Positions 37,908-48,790 of a DNA stretch of 56,837 bases are shown in pieces. The notes under the pieces were generated by a model. It did not search any database and was not told the origin of the DNA. It worked only from the letters and a program-made list of their open reading frames with translations. A program made the translations under genes and the position numbers. The stretch comes from Actinomycetota bacterium (GTDB lineage Bacteria > Actinomycetota > Actinomycetes > Actinomycetales > Microbacteriaceae), in NCBI GenBank assembly GCA_013297645.1, contig JAAFHU010000001.1, forward strand, positions 6,990 to 63,826. Direction: 5' to 3'. Each line of letters opens with the position of its first letter. Positions within the stretch are counted from its first letter, which is position 1.

Positions 37908-37926
37908 GATCTCGACACGCTCGATC
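37908..37926. repeat. Single REP-like unit
   Basis: GATCTCGACACGCTCGATC, 16/19 identical to the reverse complement of 14686-14704. Confidence 0.5.
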
Positions 37927-37932
37927 TGCGGG

Positions 37933-39519
37933 CTAGTGGAAGAAGTGCCGCTCGCCCGTAAGGTACATCGTGACGCCCGCCGCGACGGCGGCCGCGATCA
38001 CCTCGTCGTCGCGGATCGACCCGCCCGGCTGCACGATCGCGCGCACGCCGCCGTCGATGAGAATCTGCGGCCCGTCGGCGAAGGGGAAGAACGCGTCGCT
38101 CGCCGCGACCGAGCCCGCGGCGCGGTCGCCCGCGCGGCTGACGGCCAGGTGGCAGGAGTCGACGCGGTTGACCTGGCCCATGCCGACGCCGACCGAGGCG
38201 CCGTCGTGGGCGAGCAGGATGCCGTTGGACTTCACCGAGCGCACCGCGCGCCAGGCGAACTCGAGGTCGGCCATCGTCGCCGGGTCGGCCGCGGGGCCGG
38301 CCACCAGCGTCCAGCCGGCGCTGCTGAATCCCTCGTAGCTGTCGGTCGACTGCACGAGGAATCCGCCGCTGATCTGCTTGATTTCCTCCCGATCCCGCGC
38401 GTAGTCGGCGGGGAGCTGCAGCAGGCGCAGGTTCTTCTTCGCCTGCAGCACCGCGAGCGCCTCCGGCTCGAAGCCCGGCGCGACGACGACCTCGGTGAAG
38501 ATGTCTTTGATCGACTCGGCCGCCTCGGCCGTGATCGCTCGGTTCGAGGCAATGACGCCGCCGAAGGCGGAGAGCGGGTCGCAGGCGTGCGCACGGGCGT
38601 GGGCGCTGGCGACCGGGTCGCCCGCTCCGCGGCCGACGGCGATGCCGCAGGGGTTCGCGTGCTTGATGATGGCGACGGCGGGCTCGTCGAAGTCGTAGGC
38701 GGCCCGCACGGCCGCGTCGGCATCCACGTAGTTGTTGTACGACATCTCTTTGCCGTGCAGCTGGGTCGACTGGGCGATGCCGTGGCCCTGTGACTCGACG
38801 TAGAGGGCGGCACTCTGGTGCGAGTTCTCGCCGTAGCGCAGCTCGCTCGCGAGCGTGGCCGTGACGTGCAGCGAGGCGACGGAGGGCTTGGCGACCGACG
38901 AGGCGAACCACGTCGCGACGGCGGCGTCGTAGGCCGCGGTGTGGGCGAAGGCCTCCGAGGCGAAGCGCTGGCGCTGTTTGAGGGTGGTGCCGCCCAGCAG
39001 GAGGGCCTTCTTCACCTGGTCGTAGGAGTCGGGTGAGGTGATGACCGCGATGTTCGCGTGGTTCTTCGCCGAGGCGCGCACCATGGCCGGTCCGCCGATG
39101 TCGATCTGCTCGATCGCGTCGTCTCCTGCCACCCCCGCAGAAATCGTCTCGACGAAGGGGTAGAGGTTCGAGACGACGAGCTCGAAGGGGGCAATGCCCT
39201 GCGCCGCCAGCTCGGCCTCGTGCGACTCGAGCCGCAGGTCGGCTAGCAGGCCCGAGTGGATGACGGGGTGCAGGGTGCGCACCCGCCCGTCGAGCGACTC
39301 CGGGTATCCGGTCACGTCGCCGACCTGCACCACCGGGATGCCCGCGGCGGCGATGGCCGCGGCACTGCCACCGGTGCTGACGATTTCGACCCCGGCAGCC
39401 GCCAGCTCCTGCGCCAGCTGGACGAGCCCGGTCTTGTCGCTGACGCTGACCAGTGCGCGGGTGATCGGGATCACGTCGCGCGGGCGGTAGAGGGCGGGGT
39501 CGTGGGTGGGTCCGCTCAT
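37933..39519 (-). CDS. purH: Bifunctional AICAR transformylase/IMP cyclohydrolase
   Basis: [46 protein letters not shown]. Confidence 0.97.
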   Translation of the reverse strand: MSGPTHDPALYRPRDVIPITRALVSVSDKTGLVQLAQELAAAGVEIVSTGGSAAAIAAAGIPVVQVGDVTGYPESLDGRVRTLHPVIHSGLLADLRLESHEAELAAQGIAPFELVVSNLYPFVETISAGVAGDDAIEQIDIGGPAMVRASAKNHANIAVITSPDSYDQVKKALLLGGTTLKQRQRFASEAFAHTAAYDAAVATWFASSVAKPSVASLHVTATLASELRYGENSHQSAALYVESQGHGIAQSTQLHGKEMSYNNYVDADAAVRAAYDFDEPAVAIIKHANPCGIAVGRGAGDPVASAHARAHACDPLSAFGGVIASNRAITAEAAESIKDIFTEVVVAPGFEPEALAVLQAKKNLRLLQLPADYARDREEIKQISGGFLVQSTDSYEGFSSAGWTLVAGPAADPATMADLEFAWRAVRSVKSNGILLAHDGASVGVGMGQVNRVDSCHLAVSRAGDRAAGSVAASDAFFPFADGPQILIDGGVRAIVQPGGSIRDDEVIAAAVAAGVTMYLTGERHFFH

Positions 39520-40103
39520 GCGAGCTCCTTCAGGTCGACGTGTCCGTTGGCGATGTCGAGCACGGCCTGCAGCAGCAGCTCTCGTTCGACGATCTTGATG
39601 CGGTCGTGCAGGTCGTGCTCCGTGTCGCCGGGAAGGACGGGCACGCGCTGCTGCGAGATGATCGGACCGCTGTCGACGCCGTTGTCGACGATGATGACGC
39701 TGGCCCCGGTCTCGCTCACGCCGGCGGCGAGGGCGTCGCGCACGCCATGCGCACCGGGGAACTCCGGCAGGTAGGCCGGGTGGGTGTTGATGAGCTGCGG
39801 CGACAGAGCGGCGACCACGCGTGGCGGCAGGAGCTTCATGAAGCCGCTGAGTACGACGAGGTCGGCGTTCCACAGCCGCACCTGCTCGAGCAGGGCATCG
39901 CCCCACGCGTCGCGGTCGGCGAAGGCCGAGAGGGCCACCGAGAAGGTGGGGATGCCGAACTCCTCGGCGTGCTCGAAGCCCTCGGCGTCACGGTCGGCAC
40001 CGACCGCGATGACCCGTGCGGGAAACTCCGCGTCCTGCGATGCCTCGAGCAGAGCGCGGAGGTTGGAGCCGCCTCCGGAGATGAGAACGACGAGCGAGAG
40101 CAC
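39516..40103 (-). CDS. purN: Phosphoribosylglycinamide formyltransferase
   Basis: [24 protein letters not shown]. Confidence 0.96.
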   Translation of the reverse strand: MLSLVVLISGGGSNLRALLEASQDAEFPARVIAVGADRDAEGFEHAEEFGIPTFSVALSAFADRDAWGDALLEQVRLWNADLVVLSGFMKLLPPRVVAALSPQLINTHPAYLPEFPGAHGVRDALAAGVSETGASVIIVDNGVDSGPIISQQRVPVLPGDTEHDLHDRIKIVERELLLQAVLDIANGHVDLKELA

Positions 40104-40112
40104 CGTGAAAGC

Positions 40113-41312
40113 CTACCGTTGCCGCGACGCGAGCAGTCCCAGAGCAGCGGCGACGCCGACCTCGAGAGCGGTGAGCAGGCCGACGGCGAGGGCGTCCGGG
40201 CCCACCTCTGCGAGGCGACCGGGGCCGGCCGCGCCGCCGGAGACCAGGGCGAGCAACCCGAGCAGCAGCCCGGCGACGACGCCCATCGCCGCTGCCGTGC
40301 CGCCCAGCCAGGCGAGCGGGTACTCCACGTCGAGCTCGCGCAGCAGGCGCGACCGCAGCAGCGCGGCGGCAAGGAACGCGACGACGACCGGCACCACCAG
40401 CCCGAGGAATCCCCAGGCAAGGTCGCCCGTGGGCAACGCTCCGAGAACCGGGATCGACGGCACCGGCCCGAGCACCGTCGACAGCGGGCTGACGCTCGAC
40501 CCGGCACCGATCGCGAAGCCGGGGCCGACCAGCCAGCTCGCCGCGAAGATCACGAGGTTGGGCATGAAGCCGAGCTGGCCGAGCGTCAACGCCAGACCGC
40601 CGACCACCCCGGCGTGCGTGCCCTCGTAGAGGGCGATCACCGCGGCGTAGTTGACCGCGAGCAGAAGGGCGACCAGAACCGCGCTCACCGCGAGGATGCC
40701 CGCGACGGCGGCAGCACCCCCCTGCAGTGCGGTGCGCACGAGCGCGCGCACCGAGGGCGACCAGTCGCTGATCCAGTCGCGCAGGGAGCTGCCGTTGTCA
40801 TCCCCTTCTGCGCGCGCGGTTCTCAGCAGCCCGATGCCGAATCCAAGGGCGAAGACGAGGGTGGGAAGAACGATGCCCTGGGCGATGGAGGGCCGCGCGA
40901 GCGGGAACAGCGCCGTGAGGGTGATACCGGTGCTGAGCAGCACGAAGGTCGCCAGGGCCGCGAGCGCGCCGAGCGTGCGATAGCGGGTCTCGCCGACCCG
41001 GCGGCCGGCCCGCAGAGCGAGCAGCAGGGTGAGGAGCGCGAATCCCAGGGGCGCGATGGTGACCGGGAACGCGGTGTCGGCCGGTGCCCCGATGCTCGCG
41101 GCGAGGATGGAGTCCAGCGTGACCTGCAGGTCGACACCGTGGCCGACGAGCCAGGTGTCGGCCGATGCCCGCCAGAAGACGGCCCAGTCGACGGCGAAGC
41201 CGTACTGCACCGCCCAGAGCACGGTGAGCGGCACGAGTGGGATGCCGATGCCGACACCGACGACGATCACCGCCTCGAGGGCCGCGAACAGAGCAGTGAG
41301 CGAGCGGTTCAT
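40113..41312 (-). CDS. PerM/DUF6350-like integral membrane protein
   Basis: Polytopic; WLVGHGV, PNL..GPGFAIG, PVPSIPVLGALP; usual position upstream of purN. Confidence 0.75.
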   Translation of the reverse strand: MNRSLTALFAALEAVIVVGVGIGIPLVPLTVLWAVQYGFAVDWAVFWRASADTWLVGHGVDLQVTLDSILAASIGAPADTAFPVTIAPLGFALLTLLLALRAGRRVGETRYRTLGALAALATFVLLSTGITLTALFPLARPSIAQGIVLPTLVFALGFGIGLLRTARAEGDDNGSSLRDWISDWSPSVRALVRTALQGGAAAVAGILAVSAVLVALLLAVNYAAVIALYEGTHAGVVGGLALTLGQLGFMPNLVIFAASWLVGPGFAIGAGSSVSPLSTVLGPVPSIPVLGALPTGDLAWGFLGLVVPVVVAFLAAALLRSRLLRELDVEYPLAWLGGTAAAMGVVAGLLLGLLALVSGGAAGPGRLAEVGPDALAVGLLTALEVGVAAALGLLASRQR

Positions 41313-41370
41313 GTCGGGTCAAAACTACCCGGCACGCTCCGCCCGCTCACGCAGACTCTCGGTCAGACGG

Positions 41371-42906
41371 CTAGCACTTCGGGTCTTTGTCAGGAACGAC
41401 ATCGTCGAGGAAGTACTGGTCGACGACGCTGTTGACGCAGTCGTTGTCGCCGTTGTAGGCCGTGTGGCCGTCGCCCTCGACAGTGACGAGCACGCCGCTG
41501 TCGAGCTGCTTTGCCAGGGCCTGCGCCCAGACGTAGGGCGTCGCGGGGTCGTTCGTCGTGCCGATCACCATGATCGGCGCGGCGCCCTTCGCGTCGTACT
41601 CGGAGGGGAAGTCGGCCGCCGGGTAGGGCCAGTTGGTGCAGAGCACATCGAGTACGGCGTAGTCGTCGAGCGTGATGTAGGGCCCGATCGTCGGTGCTGC
41701 CTCGCTGATCTGCTGCAGGCGCTCGAGGGTCGAGGCGGAGTCCTCGGTCCAGTCGTTGTCGACGCAGGTGGTGGCCTGGTAGACCTCGACGCCGTTGTCG
41801 GCGTAGCTGCCGTCGTCATCCCGGCTGTTGTAGACATCGGCGAGGAAGAACACCGGATCGGCGTCCCCCGTCTTGATCCCGTTGAACAGGTCGGTCAGGT
41901 AGCTCCAGTAGTCGCTCGAGTACAGCGACATCGCCACGCCGGTTCCCACGGTTGCAGAGTCGAGCTCGCGGCCGTCGGAGGAGACGAGGCCGGCGCCGTC
42001 GACGCTGCCCATGAGCACACCCGCCTGGGCCATGGCGTCGTCGAGCGTGCCGGTGAAGGGGCAGCCCGAGTTGGCGAGGCAGTCGGCCATGTAGGCACGC
42101 AGGTTGTCCTCGAAGCCGACGGCCTGCACGACGAGCTCGTCGAAGGCCTCGACCTGCGGGTCGATGGCACCGTCGAGCACGAAGTGGCCGACGTTGTCGG
42201 GGAACAGCTCGGCGTAGACGGCGCCGATGAAGGTGCCATAGGAGTAGCCGAGGTAGTCGAGCGGCTCGTCGCCGGTGATGAGGTAACGCATGAGCTCGAG
42301 GTCGTGGGCAGTGCTCACGGTGTCGAGCTTGCCGAGCAGTGCGCCGGTGTTCTCGTCGCAGGCCGCCGCGTAGTCCTTGAGCTCGTCGGTCAGCTCGTCG
42401 ATCCAGCCCTCGGTCTGGTACGGCTCGTCGAAGGTGTCGTAGAGCGACGCGTCCTTGCCTGCGTCGTCGAAGCACTCGACGGGGGTCGAGGCGCCGACAC
42501 CGCGGGGATCCCACCCGACGACATCGAAGTTATCGGCGAGGTCGTCGGTGACGGCGTACTCGACGAACTCGACGCCCGATCCACCCGGTCCACCGGGATT
42601 GACGAAGATAGTGCCCTTGGCGTCATCGAAGGCGGGCTGCTTGGCGAGGGCGATCTCGACGGAGTCGCTCTGCTCGTCCTCCCAGTCGATCGGCACCGAC
42701 ATGGTGGCACACTCGAGGCTGCCACAGGCATCCCACTCGAGCTCCTGGTCGAAGTACTCGGCGAAGGCCGAGTCGGTGGTCTCTTGCGTGTCCGGCTTGT
42801 CGCTCGGCCCCGGCGGAAGAAGGAAGCAACCGGAGAGGGTTGTGGCGAGTGCCGCGGTGAGGGCGATGCAGGCCACCCATCGGCGTCTCGTAGACAGTGT
42901 CGACAT
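41371..42906 (-). CDS. Alpha/beta-hydrolase lipoprotein (TAP-like peptidase)
   Basis: Lipobox LSGC; NPGGPGGSG, DPRGVG, GYSYG nucleophile, DPATPY, GHTAY. Confidence 0.9.
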   Translation of the reverse strand: MSTLSTRRRWVACIALTAALATTLSGCFLLPPGPSDKPDTQETTDSAFAEYFDQELEWDACGSLECATMSVPIDWEDEQSDSVEIALAKQPAFDDAKGTIFVNPGGPGGSGVEFVEYAVTDDLADNFDVVGWDPRGVGASTPVECFDDAGKDASLYDTFDEPYQTEGWIDELTDELKDYAAACDENTGALLGKLDTVSTAHDLELMRYLITGDEPLDYLGYSYGTFIGAVYAELFPDNVGHFVLDGAIDPQVEAFDELVVQAVGFEDNLRAYMADCLANSGCPFTGTLDDAMAQAGVLMGSVDGAGLVSSDGRELDSATVGTGVAMSLYSSDYWSYLTDLFNGIKTGDADPVFFLADVYNSRDDDGSYADNGVEVYQATTCVDNDWTEDSASTLERLQQISEAAPTIGPYITLDDYAVLDVLCTNWPYPAADFPSEYDAKGAAPIMVIGTTNDPATPYVWAQALAKQLDSGVLVTVEGDGHTAYNGDNDCVNSVVDQYFLDDVVPDKDPKC

Positions 42907-42965
42907 GCGTGCGCCCCGTTCTGGACGGCTTCGGCTACCGTCCGCTGAACTCACCCTATTGCGAG

Positions 42966-44879
42966 TCAGCCGAGGATCGAAACTACGGCGGCGCGGGCTT
43001 GTGCCGCTGTGGGGGCAGCGGTAGCGGCGGCCGCAGCGCGCTCGCACTGGTCGAGGGTGTGGCGGCCGAGCGTCTCGGCGACGGCGGCGATCGCGGGCGC
43101 CGCCATCGACAGGCTGCCGGCGCCGAGGCCGACCAGCACCGCAGCGAGCAGCGGATCGGCCGCCGCCTCGCCGCAGACGCCGATCGGCTTGCCGGCTGCC
43201 GTCGCCGCCGCGGCGCTCATCGCGACGAGCCGCAGCACGGCCGGCTGCCAGGGGTCGCTGAGTGCGGCGAGCCCGCCGAGCATGCGGTCGGCGGCCATCG
43301 CGTACTGGCCGAGGTCGTTGGTGCCGAGGCTCGTGAAGCTGACGGCTGCGGTGATCTCGCGCGCGAGCAGGGCAGCCGACAGCGTCTCGATCATGACACC
43401 CGATCTGGCCAGGCCGTGCCTCGCGCACGCGGTGGCGAAGCGCTCGGCCTCGTCAACCGTGGCGACCATCGGAGCCATGACCCCCACGATCGCCTTCTCG
43501 GCGGCCGCGGCGAGGGCGATAGCGCGCAGCTGGTCGTCGAGCAGTCGCGGGTGCCGCACCGACGTGCGAATGCCGCGCATGCCGAGGGCCGGGTTCTCCT
43601 CTGCCGGGTCGGTGACGAAGGCGAGCGGCTTGTCGCCCCCGGCATCCAGTGTGCGCACGATCACCCGGCGACCGGGGAAGGCCGCGAAAGCCGGGCGGTA
43701 GGCCGCGACCTGCTCGTCGACGGTCGGCGCGGTCTCGCGATCGAGAAAACAGAACTCGGTGCGGAAGAGCCCCACCCCCTCGGCGTTGGCATCCACCGCC
43801 GCGGCGAGGTCGCCTGCGGAGCCGATGTTGGCGAGTAGCTGCACCCGGTGGCCATCGCTCGTGGAGCCGGTTCCGGTGAACACGGCGACAGCCTCGGCGC
43901 GCTGAATCTGCACCAGGCCGGGGTTCTGCTCCAGGCGCCCGGTGGTGCCGTCGACGAGCACGATCGTTCCCTCGGCGATGTCGAGCGCGCCGGCCGCGGC
44001 GACGATCGCCGGGATCCCGAGGCTGCGCGCGATGATCGCCGTGTGGCTGGTGGGCCCGCCCTGCTCGGTGACGAGGGCAAGGCAGGTCGACGCATCGAGA
44101 AGGGCCGTGTCGGCGGGGGCGAGGTCACGGGCCACCAGCACGAAGGGGGCCTGCGGGTGGGGCACGCCGGGCACCGGGCGCCCGAGCAGGCGGGCGACAA
44201 GGCGGTTGCGCAGGTCGTGCACATCGCTGACGCGCTCGGCCATTCGGCCGCCCTGCGCGGCGAGCGATTCGGCGAGGCCGGTAACCGCGACCCAGACGGC
44301 GTGCTCTGCGCCCTCGCCGGCAATCGCGGTGGCGCTCGCGAGCAGGCCCGCGTCGGTGGCCAGCAGGGCGCTCGCCTCGAGGATCTCGCGCGCCGCACCC
44401 TCGACGCGGCTCGCCCGGTCGAGCAGATCGGCAGCGACAGCCGCGCCGGCGGCGGCGATGCGGTCGGCCTCCCGTGCCGGGTCGCTCGGGCGGGCGGGCG
44501 GCTCGGTGAGCGGCGGCGGCATCTGCACGACGGGACCGACGGCGCGGCCGGGGCTGACACCGAGGGGGCCGGGAAGCGGAGGGGCAGCGGCGTCCAACGT
44601 CTCACCGAAGCCGGCCCGCAGCAGAGTGTCGAGGGCGTCGAGGGCGGCGCGGGCGTCGACGCCGCGCGCGGTCGCCGCGAGTGTGTCGCCCTGGCGCGCG
44701 GCGAGCAGCAGGATCGACGTCGGCCCGGTGAGCGCGACGGGAGGCGTGCCGGTGCGGGGGTTCTCGAGGGTGACGACGGCGTCCAGCCCGCTGAGGGCCC
44801 CGGCGAGCATCGCCGCGGGGCGTGCGTGCAGGCCGTCGGGGTTCACGACCTCGAGCAGCCGGGTCTCGACATGGTTCAC
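42966..44879 (-). CDS. HPr-Enzyme I fusion (PEP-protein phosphotransferase)
   Basis: HPr GLHARPAA; EI GGPTSHTAI, GVGLFRTEF, RTLDAGGDK, GTNDL, GVCGE. Confidence 0.9.
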   Translation of the reverse strand: MNHVETRLLEVVNPDGLHARPAAMLAGALSGLDAVVTLENPRTGTPPVALTGPTSILLLAARQGDTLAATARGVDARAALDALDTLLRAGFGETLDAAAPPLPGPLGVSPGRAVGPVVQMPPPLTEPPARPSDPAREADRIAAAGAAVAADLLDRASRVEGAAREILEASALLATDAGLLASATAIAGEGAEHAVWVAVTGLAESLAAQGGRMAERVSDVHDLRNRLVARLLGRPVPGVPHPQAPFVLVARDLAPADTALLDASTCLALVTEQGGPTSHTAIIARSLGIPAIVAAAGALDIAEGTIVLVDGTTGRLEQNPGLVQIQRAEAVAVFTGTGSTSDGHRVQLLANIGSAGDLAAAVDANAEGVGLFRTEFCFLDRETAPTVDEQVAAYRPAFAAFPGRRVIVRTLDAGGDKPLAFVTDPAEENPALGMRGIRTSVRHPRLLDDQLRAIALAAAAEKAIVGVMAPMVATVDEAERFATACARHGLARSGVMIETLSAALLAREITAAVSFTSLGTNDLGQYAMAADRMLGGLAALSDPWQPAVLRLVAMSAAAATAAGKPIGVCGEAAADPLLAAVLVGLGAGSLSMAAPAIAAVAETLGRHTLDQCERAAAAATAAPTAAQARAAVVSILG

Positions 44880-45256
44880 AGCGATGCGGCCAGCGCGTCG
44901 AAGAGCGGGTGAGATGCGCTGGATGCGGCGGCAGCGACATCCGCTCCCCCGTCGACGGCAGCCGAGTAGGCCGCAATCGCGCGCGCGAGGTCGGCCGCGA
45001 GCTCGCTCTCTCCGCGGGCGACCACGCCCTCGAGCCCGCCTCGGAGCGCGTCGCCCAATGCCCGCGCGTCGAGGGAGGCCGCGGGACCCGCGGTCATCCC
45101 GAAGCGCAGGAAGAAGCTACCGTAGGCCGGGCCGAGCGAGCCGACAGCGTCCATGCCCGCCGTCTTGAACAGCTCGTCGACGGTGTCGCCGTGCGCCCCG
45201 GAAACGCCGAAGCGCTCGAGCCAACGGCGGAGTTGGTCGAGCGCTACGTCGGTCAT
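44876..45256 (-). CDS. Degenerate DhaL (DAK2)-like protein
   Basis: GPAYGSFFLRFG and ALRGGLEGVVARG resemble DhaL, but the ORF is only 126 aa and lacks the DGDHG and GDKTMxD motifs. Confidence 0.6.
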   Translation of the reverse strand: MTDVALDQLRRWLERFGVSGAHGDTVDELFKTAGMDAVGSLGPAYGSFFLRFGMTAGPAASLDARALGDALRGGLEGVVARGESELAADLARAIAAYSAAVDGGADVAAAASSASHPLFDALAASL

Positions 45257-45262
45257 GCGGGG

Positions 45263-46150
45263 TTAGAGCGAAGCAAGAATCTCGCGCATGAGCGCTGCGG
45301 CCTCGCTCGGCGTCTTGCCGACCTTGACTCCGGCGGCCTCGAGGGCCTCCTTCTTGCCCTGCGCGGTGCCCGCGCCCGATGAGACGATGGCGCCGGCGTG
45401 GCCCATCGTCTTGCCCTCGGGAGCGGTGAAGCCGGCGACGTAGCCGACGACCGGCTTGGTCACGTTGGCCTTGATGAACTCGGCGGCACGCTCTTCGGCG
45501 TCGCCGCCGATCTCGCCGATCATCACGATCGCCTTGGTGTCGGGGTCGGCCTCGAAAGCGCGCAGCGCGTCGATGTGGGTGGTGCCGATGATCGGGTCAC
45601 CACCGATGCCGATCGCCGTAGAGAAGCCGAGGTCGCGCAGCTCGTACATCATCTGGTAGGTCAGAGTGCCCGACTTCGAGACGAGGCCGATGGGGCCCTT
45701 GCCGGTGATGTTCGCCGGGGTGATGCCGACGAGCGCCTCACCGGGGGTGATGATGCCGGGGCAGTTGGGGCCGATGATCTGCGTCTTGCCGCTCTGCTTG
45801 GCGAGCGCCCAGAACTCGGCGCTGTCCTGGATCGGGATGCCCTCGGTGATGACGACGACGAGCGGGATCTCTGCGTTGATCGCCTCGATGACGGCGTCCT
45901 TGGCGAAGGCCGGGGGCACGAAGACGATGGACACGTCGGCGCCGGTCGACGCCATGGCCTCGCTCACGGTGCCGAACACGGGAAGCGAGATGCCACCATC
46001 GTGCTCGACGGTGGTTCCGGCCTTGCGCGCGTTGACGCCACCGACGACCTGCGTGCCCGCCTTGAGCATGAGCGCCGTGTGCTTGGTGCCCTCGCCGCCG
46101 GTGATGCCCTGGACGATGACCTTGGAGTCCTTGTTGAGGAAGATTGACAT
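45263..46150 (-). CDS. sucD: Succinyl-CoA synthetase alpha subunit
   Basis: [26 protein letters not shown]. Confidence 0.97.
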   Translation of the reverse strand: MSIFLNKDSKVIVQGITGGEGTKHTALMLKAGTQVVGGVNARKAGTTVEHDGGISLPVFGTVSEAMASTGADVSIVFVPPAFAKDAVIEAINAEIPLVVVITEGIPIQDSAEFWALAKQSGKTQIIGPNCPGIITPGEALVGITPANITGKGPIGLVSKSGTLTYQMMYELRDLGFSTAIGIGGDPIIGTTHIDALRAFEADPDTKAIVMIGEIGGDAEERAAEFIKANVTKPVVGYVAGFTAPEGKTMGHAGAIVSSGAGTAQGKKEALEAAGVKVGKTPSEAAALMREILASL

Positions 46151-46161
46151 GTTCTAGACCT

Positions 46162-47325
46162 TTACTTCGAAGCCAGCTCAGCGGCCTTGTCGGCGCCGTC
46201 GTCCATGGATGTCGCGAGAGTCACGAGCGGGTGGTTGGCCGCGGCCAGAATGGCGCGACCCTCTTCGACCTTGTTGCCGTCGAGGCGCACGACGAGCGGC
46301 TTGGTGGCAGAGTCACCGAGGGTCTCGAGCGCGCCGACGATGCCGTTGGCCACCGCGTCACAGGCGGTGATGCCGCCGAAGACGTTGACGAAGACGCTCT
46401 TGACCTGCGGGTCGCCGAGAATGACGTCGAGGCCGGCGGCCATGACCGCGGCCGATGCTCCACCGCCGATGTCGAGGAAGTTCGCCGGCTTGACGCCGCC
46501 GTGGCGCTCGCCCGCGTAGGCGACGACGTCGAGGGTCGACATGACGAGTCCGGCGCCGTTGCCGATGATGCCGACCTCGCCGTCCAGCTTGACGTAGTTG
46601 AGGTCGTTGGCCTTGGCCTTGGCCTCGAGCGGGTCGGCAGCCGCAGCGTCTTCCAGCGCCTCGTGGTTCGGGTGGCGGAAGCCGGCGTTCTCGTCGAGCG
46701 ACACCTTGCCGTCGAGGGCGACGATGTCGCCGGCGCCGGTGAGCACGAGCGGGTTGACCTCGACGAGGGTTGCATCCTCGCCCTTGTAGACCTCGTAGAG
46801 CGTGACGAGCACGGGAGCGACCTTCTCGACCAGGTCGGCGGGGAAGCCGCCGGCGATCGCGATCTCTGTCGCCTTGGCGAGGTCGATGCCGGCGATCGGG
46901 TCGACCTCGACCTTGGCGAGGGCCTCGGGGCGCTCGACGGCGAGCTCCTCGATCTCCATGCCGCCCTCGACGCTGCAGAGCGAGAGGTAGCTGCGGTTGG
47001 CGCGGTCGAGCAGGATCGAGAAGTAGAACTCCTGCTTGATATCGGCGCCCTGCGCGACCATGACGCGGTTGACCGGCAGGCCCTTGATCTCGAGCTTGAG
47101 GATCGCCTCGGCGGCCGTCGCGGCCTCCTCCGGGGTCTTGACGACCTTGACGCCGCCGGCCTTGCCGCGGCCGCCGGCCTTCACCTGCGCCTTGACGACG
47201 ACAACGCCGCCGATCTTCGCCGCGGCTGCCGCGGCCTCCTCTGGCGTGTCAGCGACAATGCCCTGCAGTACGGGCACGCCGTACGACTCGAACAGGTCAC
47301 GGGCCTGGTACTCGAAAAGATCCAC
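46162..47325 (-). CDS. sucC: Succinyl-CoA synthetase beta subunit
   Basis: [31 protein letters not shown]. Confidence 0.97.
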   Translation of the reverse strand: MDLFEYQARDLFESYGVPVLQGIVADTPEEAAAAAAKIGGVVVVKAQVKAGGRGKAGGVKVVKTPEEAATAAEAILKLEIKGLPVNRVMVAQGADIKQEFYFSILLDRANRSYLSLCSVEGGMEIEELAVERPEALAKVEVDPIAGIDLAKATEIAIAGGFPADLVEKVAPVLVTLYEVYKGEDATLVEVNPLVLTGAGDIVALDGKVSLDENAGFRHPNHEALEDAAAADPLEAKAKANDLNYVKLDGEVGIIGNGAGLVMSTLDVVAYAGERHGGVKPANFLDIGGGASAAVMAAGLDVILGDPQVKSVFVNVFGGITACDAVANGIVGALETLGDSATKPLVVRLDGNKVEEGRAILAAANHPLVTLATSMDDGADKAAELASK

Positions 47326-47385
47326 GGTTTTGTCCTATCGCGTGTGATTGCTGGGGCCGCCGCGCTTGGTCAGGCACGTCGAAAC

Positions 47386-47403
47386 TAGCTCGACATCAAG
47401 AGA
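47386..47403. promoter_or_regulatory. Degenerate copy of the icd operator upstream of sucC
   Basis: TAGCTCGACATCAAGAGA matches TATCTCGATATCGAGATA at 14/18. Confidence 0.55.
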
Positions 47404-47441
47404 CTTTGGCCACAGGAAAGCCTACCCCCGCTCGCTGGGCG

Positions 47442-47948
47442 CTATTCGCCCTCGAGTGTGCGCACCTCGTCGGAATCGGCACCCGCCGTCATCACGCATG
47501 GACCGGATGCGGTGATCCGAATCGACGCCCGATGCTCCTCCGTCTTCAACACCGCCTCAATCTCGATTGTGGCGACCGACGACTTCTTGGTCAGCACGGT
47601 GAGCACCGCGCCCTCCTCCTCGGAGCGCTGCGCCTCCCACCCCTGCTCGACGAAGGTCGCAGAGAGGTTGTCGCCGGCGGTGACGGCGCGGGGCGCCTGC
47701 GAGTTGGTGAGCAGTGCGATCGTGCTCGAGCGCCACAGCCGCAGGGCGCCGTCGTCGTCGCAGGCCTCGGACGTGTCGCTGGTCTCGGAGTCCTCCTTGA
47801 TCATCACGTCGGGCAGGCGGTACCAGGCCTCATTGCGCAGCAGCTGCACGGGCGACTTCGTCTCGACGAGCGTGAGAGCGTCGGGTTCCGACGAGCAGCC
47901 CGCGAGGGCCAGGGTGATGACGGCGACAGCGAGGAGTCGGGTGCGCAT
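47442..47948 (-). CDS. Hypothetical lipoprotein (paralog 1)
   Basis: Lipobox LAGC; shares ETKSPxQLLRNEA and GPCVxTAGADSDEV with its neighbour. Confidence 0.8.
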   Translation of the reverse strand: MRTRLLAVAVITLALAGCSSEPDALTLVETKSPVQLLRNEAWYRLPDVMIKEDSETSDTSEACDDDGALRLWRSSTIALLTNSQAPRAVTAGDNLSATFVEQGWEAQRSEEEGAVLTVLTKKSSVATIEIEAVLKTEEHRASIRITASGPCVMTAGADSDEVRTLEGE

Positions 47949-47997
47949 GCCCGCAGGCTAGACACCCCCGCTAACGCGACGGTGGCCGCACGGTGAA

Positions 47998-48597
47998 CTA
48001 CGACTCGAGGCTGGTGACCTCGTCGGAGTCGGCGCCCGCGGTGCGCACGCACGGGCCGTGCACCTGGATCTGCACGGTGGTCTGCTCGACCTTCTGCTCG
48101 AGCCCGGTCGACGGCAGGGTGTCGTTGATGTTGTAGCCGGCAATCTGGATGTCGGCCAGCGAGGTCTCGCTCTCGAGCAGCTTGCTCGTGACGCTCGCGT
48201 TGCCGCCGAGGCTGCGCGCCGTCCAGCCCTGCTCCTCGAAGGAGGCGCTGAGGTCATTGACGAGGGTTTGGGCGTCGGCTGCTCCGTCGTCGCTGATGAG
48301 AACATCAGCGGTCGAGTGCCACGACCGGATCAGCCCGTCGGGGTCGTCCTTCTCGGAGAGGCAGGCGACCGATACGTCTTCCGACTCGATGATCTGGTCG
48401 ATGACCTCGGCGGGAAGGCGGTTGGCTGCTTCATTGCGCAGCAGCTGTGCCGGCGACTTTGTCTCGGCGAGCGAGACATCGGGGTAGTCGCCGGGCACGC
48501 TGTTTGCCTGAGGGGACGAGCAAGCACTCAGGATGGTTAGCGCAAGAAGCGCGGTTGCTAGGCCGGTAATGCGTGATCGGTGGTCGACGTTGACCAT
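47998..48597 (-). CDS. Hypothetical lipoprotein (paralog 2)
   Basis: Lipobox LSAC; same shared motifs; start uncertain. Confidence 0.78.
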   Translation of the reverse strand: MVNVDHRSRITGLATALLALTILSACSSPQANSVPGDYPDVSLAETKSPAQLLRNEAANRLPAEVIDQIIESEDVSVACLSEKDDPDGLIRSWHSTADVLISDDGAADAQTLVNDLSASFEEQGWTARSLGGNASVTSKLLESETSLADIQIAGYNINDTLPSTGLEQKVEQTTVQIQVHGPCVRTAGADSDEVTSLES

Positions 48598-48790
48598 GTG
48601 GTGCACCTTCGTTTTGTCTCTACTGCTCGTGGTCATGACGGTACTCCGCGACCGTGGGAGCGCTCTCGCCCCAATGGAGGGGACAAATCTGTCCCCCGAA
48701 ATGCCCACCCCGATCCGAGGCCCGCACCCTCATGGGAGTCGGGGCCATCGGTCGTGGTGCGCGGTCTAGCGGGAGTTACGCAAAAGCGCG

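Noticed and set aside
37906-37927. Third copy of the icd-type operator
   Set aside because: Half-site spacing is wrong; it fits the REP-like unit better.
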